From Bacteroidota bacterium (GTDB lineage Bacteria; Bacteroidota; Ignavibacteria; Ignavibacteriales; Melioribacteraceae): a stretch of DNA of 32,000 bases. A program made the position numbers and the translations under genes. This document shows, one piece after another, positions 9,704 to 16,989 of the stretch (position 1 is its first letter; each line of letters starts with the position of its first letter). Location of the stretch: contig JAEXOD010000241.1 in the NCBI GenBank assembly GCA_023447335.1, forward strand, positions 6,157-38,156. The letters run 5' to 3'. A model generated the notes under the pieces. It did no database searches. It was not told the origin of the DNA and saw only the letters and a list, made by a program, of their open reading frames with translations.

Positions 9704-10015
9704 ACTCAAAGTGATTTTTACAGGGAAGCAATTATCAATATATATATAATACGTAAGCTATATTTAACTTAAAAATTCGTATACATATTTTATAATAACT
9801 CGACTTGAATTATAAAAAACATCTGAATTTTACAAATAGACGTACAGATCAATTAACTAAATGAATCCTTTTTCTTTTGTGACGGAGCTTATAATAGTAC
9901 GTTTTCTACACCTCAAATTATTCATAAAAAGTATTATCTTCTTATATAATAACAAGTTACAGTTCTGTAACGGGTTCTTAATATCCGCACTCTTTTAAGT
10001 ATAGGACATCCTGAA

Positions 10016-10044
10016 CTAAAATATTAAAAATATTAATATTTTAG
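10016..10044. repeat. perfect 12-bp inverted repeat CTAAAATATTAA-aaata-TTAATATTTTAG at the break point of the truncated AAA+ gene
   Basis: Read directly. Followed by TTTGTTTT, so it could also act as a weak terminator. Confidence 0.6.
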
Positions 10045-10520
10045 TTTGTTTTACCATCATCGGTGCTACCAATCACGAAGATGGAATAGATAAAGCGGCG
10101 AGGCGAGCCGGTAGATTTGATAAGATTATAGCTTTTAATGATCTTGATGCTGAAGCTTTGGCTACCGGGCTTAGAATTCATTTGAGTAAGAGGGATTTGG
10201 ATGAGAATCAGTTACTTGGTATTGATTGGGGGGCTGTTGAAAGGGCATTCCGCGGCAAAAATCTTACAGGAAGTGATATGCCCGAAATAATATCAAGAGC
10301 TTTATCTAAAAAAGTAAATGAACATCTTCAAATATTAAATAAGGAAGCCGGCTGGTATTCATTGGATTATGGACAGCAAGCTTTACTATATAATGATGTT
10401 AGGTTTATGCCTAAAGGCTTATGTACGGAAGATATTGAGAATGCAATATTGCTTTATAAAAGAGGTAGTATTACTGAAAATAAGAAAATAAATAAAATGG
10501 GATTCACAAATGAATTATGA
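10020..10520 (+). pseudogene. 5'-truncated classical AAA+ ATPase (C-terminal half only)
   Basis: The frame is open from 10020 (TAA at 10017-10019) and reads ..VCFTIIGATNHEDGIDKAARRAGRFDKIIAFNDLDAEAL... GATN is sensor-1 and RRAGRFD is the Arg-finger / second region of homology. No Walker A or B motif is encoded upstream. The first start in frame is TTG at 10158. Confidence 0.7.
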
Positions 10521-11446
10521 TAAATTAAAAGAATTTAGATTTTGGGATACGATTGATGGCGAGATCACAAAATCAAGATATGAAGGAACCCGGCGCGATT
10601 CGCTTTATCCTTCGGAAGCTTCTGCCGTTTCTATAGATCCTAAAACAGGTAGAGCCAAGATATATGGCGGGTGCTTAAGGTCTTCTTGGTATAGGTTAAT
10701 GAAGGTAGAGAAATCAGATCCGCCGCAAGCAAAATCTATGTATGTTTTTGAATTTGGAAGGTATATAGAGAATATGATTACCGACTTCTGTAAGAAGGCG
10801 GGAATATATAATAATAGCTCGGTTAAATTTTGGGACAAGGTTTCCTCCGTTTCAGGCGAAATAGATATCGTGCTGGATCTACCTAGTCGTGACGGAATTA
10901 TACATGTTGAATGTAAATCAACGTATGCCGGTGTAAGTGGTTCTGAATATAATGGTTATAATGGATTGTTTGATCATTATAAGGGGAGGGGACAGTATAG
11001 AAAGCTAGTTAAGGGAAAGCCAAAGGAAGCAAATTTGCTTCAACTAGCGATTTATTTATATACACATATGGATGACGAAAATTTAGTCGGCGGCAAACTT
11101 ATTTACTTATTACGAGATAATTTTATGCGTACTGAATTTGATGTAATAGTAAAACAAGAAGCCGATGGTAGGCATCATATCTATGTTAACGGAGAACGTG
11201 AAGAACGTTTCTGCGTTGAAAGCATCTATGAAAGGTTTGCTACTTTAAGAAATAAGGTCGTTAGCGACCTTAAGGAATTACAGTCCGGCAAACCATTTTC
11301 AGAATTAATACCTATTGAAAAGGATTTTGATCTGGTTTACACAGATGAAAAAGCCAAAGAGCTTTACGAAGAGGGTGAACTTAGTAAAACAAAATACGAG
11401 AAGCATATCAATAGGGAAGATTATGCGGGCGACTGGAATTGCAGCT
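10510..11446 (+). CDS. Cas4-like PD-(D/E)XK nuclease, exon 1 (unspliced ORF in the track ends at 11466)
   Basis: PD-(D/E)XK core GEIDIVLD ... HVECKS and QLAIYLY (QxxxY). N-terminal cluster Cys in GGCLRSSWY. The unspliced frame ends ..DWNCSYRTMAG*. 11-nt overlap with the AAA+ fragment. Confidence 0.8.
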
Positions 11447-11707
11447 ATAGAACAATGGCTGGGTAATATGTAAGTATTACTAAAGAATCGAGCAAAAACG
11501 GTGAAAGCTGAAATGCCAATACCGTGCTAACTCATTAGATTACGTAAAGGCTAATGAGTAGTGTAGAGCATAGCGGGTGAATAAATATAATTCCGCCACG
11601 AGTGTTCGATGCCCTAACGTTAAAACGCGGGTAAAAATATATGCCGACCTATATCGAATATAAAGATATAGAGCTACCGGATAAAAAGCCGGTAGGGTAA
11701 CATAGTG
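11447..11707 (+). ncRNA. group I intron, ORF-less (261 nt)
   Basis: P1: exon CAGCU (11442-11446) pairs with GGCUG (11457-11461) with a terminal U.G wobble. P10: ACAAU (11452-11456) pairs with exon-2 AUUGU (11708-11712). The 3'-terminal nucleotide is G (11707). There are seven further hairpins. AAAGAUAUAG (11662-11671) resembles the conserved J8/7-S element. Splicing restores frame and the CX2CX5C motif. Confidence 0.7.
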
Positions 11708-11784
11708 ATTGTGATTACAAACGATACTGCCAGTACGACCAGCTACAAATGTGGGAGTCTATTAAAAACAGGAGAGCCGCATGA
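11708..11784 (+). CDS. Cas4-like PD-(D/E)XK nuclease, exon 2
   Basis: Reads (Y)CDYKRYCQYDQLQMWESIKNRRAA*. Joined to exon 1 this gives C-SY-C-DYKRY-C. Total length is 937+77 nt = 338 codons including the stop. Confidence 0.65.
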
Positions 11785-11909
11785 CAATAAAAAATAAAAT
11801 CGCCGAAATAATTGCGACAATATTCAATCGGGCAATCTGCCTGTTGAATCAAATTAGGGATCATATTCTGGGAGCAATGGATTGCTTAGGATATAGATCA
11901 GTAATATAA
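11781..11909 (+). CDS. hypothetical 42-aa ORF, ATGA-coupled to exon 2
   Basis: MTIKNKIAEIIATIFNRAICLLNQIRDHILGAMDCLGYRSVI*. The start overlaps the exon-2 stop (ATGA at 11781-11784). Below the track size cut-off. Confidence 0.3.
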   Translation: MTIKNKIAEIIATIFNRAICLLNQIRDHILGAMDCLGYRSVI

Positions 11910-11958
11910 CAATAAAAATTAAATCAAAAACTAACAACTTTTATAAGGAATATAAAAC

Positions 11959-12231
11959 ATGGCAACATACGATAATTACTTCAGTTACTTTACAAAATAC
12001 TCTGCAGAAATGTTTCAGATCTTAGCAGCTAGCGAACTTACGGATTCGGATCACGTTAAATATGTACGTAAATACAAAGGAAAAGAGCATATAATCAATG
12101 CAAATTTGATAAATGAACTAATTACAAAATATTTTAGAACTCAGGATCGGAGCTATCTAATTGAAGCCTCCATTTTGATAATGGGGTTGGATATGCTGCA
12201 TCATAACAGATGTTTCGGAGACAGGAATTAA
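11959..12231 (+). CDS. hypothetical protein (90 aa)
   Basis: ORF only; no motif recognised. Confidence 0.35.
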   Translation: MATYDNYFSYFTKYSAEMFQILAASELTDSDHVKYVRKYKGKEHIINANLINELITKYFRTQDRSYLIEASILIMGLDMLHHNRCFGDRN

Positions 12232-12315
12232 CGTTGGGAACCCGGCGCATTTATCTTTCTAATTAAGTTAATAATTGTAATTATGAAATGAGTGCTACCA
12301 TATTTCGAACTTCGC

Positions 12316-12912
12316 TCATAGTAAAATTACCCTGATTATTGGCGCTATTGTTTTTAGTGATCCACAAATTTTAGCGTATTCAAGAAGCTTCGGTATATTA
12401 CATGATTTTTTGTCTTTCAGGTAATTCTTAAGCGATTCTATGGCAACATCGTCACCAATTTTATTTTTATACCTAAATAGATCGCCGATGGTCTTCTCTT
12501 TATTATATATCCTGAATTCACCGTTAATAGCTTTTACTGTCTCTATTGCCGGCTCGTAGTATTTGTTAATAAAATAATAAACATGGATAGGAGGATACTC
12601 AAGCTTAAATATATTAGCATTATTTGGAACGGCAACATCGTTAACTGCCGGATTATACGTTGTAAGCTCGTAATAAGAAGCGGCCGATAGCAAACAGATA
12701 ACGGCTTTTTTATTAGCCATACAAATATCCACAAAGCTACTGTTTTCATCTTCAGGATAGTCCTTTAGCTTATAAAGACCTCGCTTGGTTCTTTCGATTA
12801 TACCATCCTTAATGGCTTTGTTAAGCGAACGCATACCGATCCGGTACTTCATTAGATGCTTTGTTGTTAGACGTCCGTTATATTTTTCAAATATGTTTAT
12901 AATTGTATTCAT
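12316..12912 (-). CDS. AbiEi-like antitoxin / wHTH regulator (orphan, no intact toxin partner)
   Basis: N-terminal NGRLTTKHLMKYRIGMRSLNKAIKDGIIERTKRGLYKL and central AVICLLSAASYYELTTYNP..VAVP resemble the AbiEi family. Confidence 0.7.
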   Translation of the reverse strand: MNTIINIFEKYNGRLTTKHLMKYRIGMRSLNKAIKDGIIERTKRGLYKLKDYPEDENSSFVDICMANKKAVICLLSAASYYELTTYNPAVNDVAVPNNANIFKLEYPPIHVYYFINKYYEPAIETVKAINGEFRIYNKEKTIGDLFRYKNKIGDDVAIESLKNYLKDKKSCNIPKLLEYAKICGSLKTIAPIIRVILL

Positions 12913-13070
12913 TGTAGGAACATGTGTAAATTATTCAAGGTAAATGTAACAAATTTACCATGAATTAAAAGCATAATATTTAGGGTTTTTGCAAAGAAGG
13001 AATTCAATTGTCCGTTTTCGCTCCAATGATCAAATAACGAAATATGGAGTTCCTCAATATTTAGAACTAT

Positions 13071-13454
13071 TGTCTTATATCCCCTCCTACACCTCCTACA
13101 GCATTTTAAATACTATATAACTATAAATTTTTGTAGATTTCTGTTGTAGGATGTTGTTGTGACTACCGTATAGTCTATATTTTTATAGTATATAAATACC
13201 TACTAATGACAAATATTATTAGTTGATGTCAATACTTTGTTATTGCTATTATTATTTATAAGTACTTAATTTATAATAATTATATAATAAAATTATCAAC
13301 AAATATTAAAATGTATTTTTAATATCATATAAACAATTATTACAAAAAAAAAGTACTTGTTAATAATTAATGTGTTATATCCCCTCCTACACTACACTTA
13401 TGTTAAATTATTATGCAAATGAATGATTTAAAACACCGTAGGAGGTGTAGGAGG
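13071..13454. repeat. iteron cluster flanking an almost pure A/T core; candidate replication origin
   Basis: The 8-mer CCTCCTAC occurs at 13083, 13092 and 13383. Its complement GTAGGAGG occurs at 13438 and 13447, with a degenerate GTAGGATG at 13146. The 22-nt direct repeat TGT(c/g)TTATATCCCCTCCTACAC lies at 13071 and 13371, exactly 300 bp apart. A 17-bp perfect inverted repeat pairs 13083-13099 with 13438-13454. Confidence 0.5.
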
Positions 13455-13504
13455 CTCTTTGACGCATTATTTATTTTATTTATTATTTCAGTCCATAATA
13501 GCAG

Positions 13505-13547
13505 ACCACCCGAGTATCCAACAGCTTATTGAGTATACTCGGGCGGT
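13505..13547 (-). terminator. GC-rich hairpin 30 nt downstream of the primase-helicase stop
   Basis: ACCACCCGAGTAT / ATACTCGGGCGGT, 13-bp arms with one mismatch and a 17-nt loop. No obvious U-tract. Confidence 0.45.
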
Positions 13548-13576
13548 AGCTAAAATATATGTACTAGCTTCTATTA

Positions 13577-16282
13577 TTAATCGTCAATATTAATCCCAAG
13601 TCCTTCCCAGTCAATATTTCCAACCCATTCGACGCCTCTGAGAGAATTGTCTTCACCAAAAGAGACCGTAGCACTTTTATTAACTATCATCTTGCCTTGG
13701 CTAACAAGTTTTTCCATAACAGCTTGCTTTGAATGACCAATCTCGTCATTAACACTTTTTAGATGCTGCACCACTCTGTCAAAGACTTGGTGAAATTTTA
13801 TGCAAACTTTAATGCCGTTTTCACGAATTTGAAAGAATCCGGCAATATCAGTCATATTATTCTTTACCTGATGATATCTTGCATAATTAACAAGTCTTAA
13901 TGTTCCGATTTCAATTAATTGAAACATCGTTTCTTCAAACTTAACTTCAGGCTTGTTATCCTGGATTCTACTTAAGTTATTGACGAACAAGGTCTCTATT
14001 AAAGCGGGAAATGCTTCTAAATATTCATTCAGCTTTGATTCATCAGAAAGTTTAATTTCTTCTTTGATAAAGCCCATTACTATCTGCCAAGATGTCATTA
14101 ACTGAGCAAAATTATTAATTAACCTTGGGAGGTTGTCTCCGCCTATATTATTTTCTGTAACGTAATCTGTGAAGTATTTTACAGAATCATCATATTTTTG
14201 TTTAATATTTATATGATTTGTATTTTTTAATATATAATTAATCAAACCGGCGGTAAAAATTTTAAAATCTATTGATTGTTGATTTAACTTATTAAAAAGT
14301 TCGTAATCAAGCTTCGTCTTGTCAATATACACTATTATCCCTCGTGCAATTGAACTTGCTTCTGTTAGAACCAAATCTTCGGCACTAATGAACAGATTAC
14401 CTTTTATTATTATTTGATTTTTTACATCAAGATCCTTAGAAGATCTGTTCCTTCCTGTTTCGTCTGAATAATTTTGAATTATCGTCATAATCTTTGAAAT
14501 ATAACCATTTCGTAGATTCTGAAGTTTAAGATCATCAACTACGAAAAGACTGTCTTTCAACGCGTTCCCTCGTATTTGAATTGCAGTATCTGTCGAACTC
14601 CATGATTCTAGATTAACGAAATTTCCATAAAATCGTTGCAATAAATTTGCCAATGTGGTTTTACCGCAGCCGGAAGGTCCCTTGAGCATAAAGTACGTCT
14701 TACCGCATCTGTCTCGAATAAATGGATAGATTAAAGGTACAAAAGTATAAGCAAAGGCCGGGAAGATAACTTCCGGCTTATCCCAGGCAAGTAAATTATC
14801 TATAATATTATCTGTAACTTCTTCAATTGAAGTTTTTGTTAAACTTCTGAACCCGTGATAGTTTTTAATGCCTATCTCTTTATGCTTAATAGGAGTGGTC
14901 TTCTCCTCAAATCCATTCTCTGAAATAATCATATCTTCCGTAAAATATACCGTTAACTCTTTATTGTATCCAAACTCTACTGTATCAACAAGAGTTGTAC
15001 TTCGATTAAAGTATCTGATTGCTTCAAGCATATCTTTATCTTTTCCTTTGAAAGCAACCTTTGGACCACAAAGATGGCACAAATATGATTTAAGCTCTTG
15101 TGCATTAGCTAAATAGCTAGAACTAAAGTTTGTGAACCTGAAAGAGTCTTCTGTGCCTTCAATGAAAATTTCTCCTTCAAGAAAGGATTTTACGATACTA
15201 TTATCATTTGTTCTTGTTTGATTTGAAAAACGAATTATAAAATTGGTAATATCTTCTTGTTGGGAGGAGCCATCCGCATAGTATATTATGGATGAATAAC
15301 CAATTCTATTATTGGAATCACTTTCAAGATACTCCAAAGAGTTCTTTTTGGTTTCTTGTTTTTTTTCTGTCATTCTTTTGTTTCCTTTTTTTATTAATAA
15401 ATCATTAAAATAGTTTCTCGCTTTTAATAAAGAGTGTTTAAAATATTCTTCCGCTCCATTAGGATCCTTTTCTTTCCTTTCCAGATATTTTCCTGTAGTA
15501 GGAAAATTATCAAAAATAGCTTTTATTTGGTGATCGTTAAACCTTTCACTAACTAAATACAAGAGAATGGATTGATCTTCCGCACTTCTATCTTCAGGGT
15601 GAGTGTGCCCTAATATCTTATTAAGATAGTCTTTATCCAGTTTACCTAGTTTTAGTGCAGATAACGGATGAGATTCAATCATATTTTTTAAGCTTTCGAT
15701 AGAATATCTCAAATCATAATCTGATTTTACAAGAGTACAAATTAAGTTATTGCCTTGTTTGTTGTTAATACTGCCGGGTATTCTGAAAACACGAGAAACG
15801 TCGTGTGTTGAGTCGGCAAAATATATATCTTGCAAAGCTTTCATTAGAGTTTCAGCCATTTCGGTATTATCCGCGTTCAATTCCAGAGGAGAGGATAGGA
15901 ACCAATATAGGTGAAAACCGTGTCCGGATTCAACAATAACCGTAGGTTGAATCCCTACATTTAATATATGCCGATATGCAGACTCTTTGTTTGGGAATAC
16001 AGAAGACTTTTTATGCCCTTCACATCCGTAATCTATATCTGCATATAGGGTTGTAAGGAAAGAGCAATTATCTTTTTTACCCGAATCGTTACTATTTCGT
16101 AATGCTATGCCAAAATAGCAACTCTCATTAGATGCCATAAAATCTTTGATAGTACTATTCATAGTATTAACTTTAGAAAATACTCTCTTGTTACTACTAT
16201 CAAAGCTTCTTAATTCGATATAATTATCTTCGGGTAAATTATAGTGTTGATATAGTTCTTCAAAAAACTTATTCATTTTCAT
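13577..16282 (-). CDS. bifunctional AEP primase-polymerase (PrimPol) fused to a P-loop SF3/D5-like helicase
   Basis: AEP motifs LYADIDYG (DxD), ESGHGFHLYW and VFRIPGSINNK. C-terminal Walker A LKGPSGCGKTTLANLL and Walker B LFVVDDL. Confidence 0.85.
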   Translation of the reverse strand: MKMNKFFEELYQHYNLPEDNYIELRSFDSSNKRVFSKVNTMNSTIKDFMASNESCYFGIALRNSNDSGKKDNCSFLTTLYADIDYGCEGHKKSSVFPNKESAYRHILNVGIQPTVIVESGHGFHLYWFLSSPLELNADNTEMAETLMKALQDIYFADSTHDVSRVFRIPGSINNKQGNNLICTLVKSDYDLRYSIESLKNMIESHPLSALKLGKLDKDYLNKILGHTHPEDRSAEDQSILLYLVSERFNDHQIKAIFDNFPTTGKYLERKEKDPNGAEEYFKHSLLKARNYFNDLLIKKGNKRMTEKKQETKKNSLEYLESDSNNRIGYSSIIYYADGSSQQEDITNFIIRFSNQTRTNDNSIVKSFLEGEIFIEGTEDSFRFTNFSSSYLANAQELKSYLCHLCGPKVAFKGKDKDMLEAIRYFNRSTTLVDTVEFGYNKELTVYFTEDMIISENGFEEKTTPIKHKEIGIKNYHGFRSLTKTSIEEVTDNIIDNLLAWDKPEVIFPAFAYTFVPLIYPFIRDRCGKTYFMLKGPSGCGKTTLANLLQRFYGNFVNLESWSSTDTAIQIRGNALKDSLFVVDDLKLQNLRNGYISKIMTIIQNYSDETGRNRSSKDLDVKNQIIIKGNLFISAEDLVLTEASSIARGIIVYIDKTKLDYELFNKLNQQSIDFKIFTAGLINYILKNTNHINIKQKYDDSVKYFTDYVTENNIGGDNLPRLINNFAQLMTSWQIVMGFIKEEIKLSDESKLNEYLEAFPALIETLFVNNLSRIQDNKPEVKFEETMFQLIEIGTLRLVNYARYHQVKNNMTDIAGFFQIRENGIKVCIKFHQVFDRVVQHLKSVNDEIGHSKQAVMEKLVSQGKMIVNKSATVSFGEDNSLRGVEWVGNIDWEGLGINIDD

Positions 16283-16457
16283 CTCCTTTATCTATTTTAT
16301 TTTCTATATACTGATTTAGTGAACCTACTGGGATAATGTACCTTCTGCCAACTTTTTCGGCGTCTAGTCTTCCTGAGATGATAAGCACCCAGATCCATTG
16401 TCTAGTCTTGTGAAGCATTTTAGATACTTCCGTTACTGATAAGTATTGTTGTGTCAT
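16269..16457 (-). CDS. AlpA/Xis-like helix-turn-helix DNA-binding protein (excisionase family)
   Basis: 62 aa. LSVTEVSKMLHKTRQWIWVLIISGRLDAEKVGRRYIIP is HTH_17/MerR-like. 14-nt overlap with the primase gene. Confidence 0.65.
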   Translation of the reverse strand: MTQQYLSVTEVSKMLHKTRQWIWVLIISGRLDAEKVGRRYIIPVGSLNQYIENKIDKGDENE

Positions 16458-16652
16458 ATTATTTCCTTATATTATTTAGTTATTGTAATTAACGTAGTGG
16501 TTAGTATTTGTGTTATCAATTTCAATTGTAGATTACAAAGCAGGTAACTGATAAGTATAGTTAGTATCGATTACGTACTAATTAGCTAATCAATAATATT
16601 TGTAATAGTTTTTGTAGTTTCAGATTGGATATTTTTATAATAGGTTTAGGCG

Positions 16653-16946
16653 TATTAAAGAATTTCGATATTCTTTACAAGTTCTTTAATATTATTATAT
16701 TTATTAAATACGTAACTGTAGTATTTAAGCACGAATTATATTTATTGTGATAGGTAGGTTTAGGTTAAGCTGTATGTGTTTAGGGCATATATTTTATTTA
16801 ATACATTAAAGTAGTCACACAAGTTCTTTAATATTATTTTTGGCAATCACGATACTGCCCGGGGAAATTTAGGATATTATAATAGCGTAGTTATTTAGTA
16901 CTTACATAAATGCTTATATAAAAGTACACATATTCTTTAATATTAT
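16653..16946. repeat. dispersed motif TTCTTTAAT(ATTAT): three full direct copies plus an inverted pair, upstream of the alpA-primase operon
   Basis: ACA(a/t)(g/a)TTCTTTAATATTAT occurs at 16677-16695, 16819-16837 and 16928-16946. An inverted copy TATTAAAGAAT lies at 16653-16663, facing ATATTCTTTAC at 16668-16678. Confidence 0.6.
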
Positions 16947-16989
16947 AATGTTTTTTATTTTTATCATAAAATCAATGCCGATTTTGAAC

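Noticed and set aside
11447-11707. The structured GC-richer RNA region as a retron msr/msd, riboswitch or stand-alone sRNA
   Set aside because: There is no reverse transcriptase or regulated downstream gene. The exon-guide pairings and the restoration of frame and the CX2CX5C motif explain it better as a group I intron.
13438-13455. GTAGGAGGTGTAGGAGG read as a tandem Shine-Dalgarno sequence (AGGAGG) driving a small ORF
   Set aside because: There is no ATG at a suitable distance, only a TTG-initiated frame of about 48 codons with no recognisable content. The same 8-mer also occurs in the opposite orientation, where no ORF follows. Other genes here lack Shine-Dalgarno sites.
13071-16946. Whether the repeat clusters at 13.07-13.45 kb and 16.65-16.95 kb are CRISPR arrays
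   Set aside because: There are only 3-6 short copies (8-22 nt), in mixed orientation with irregular spacing of 9 to 300 nt. There are no cas genes and the spacers are pure A/T. Iterons or operators fit better.
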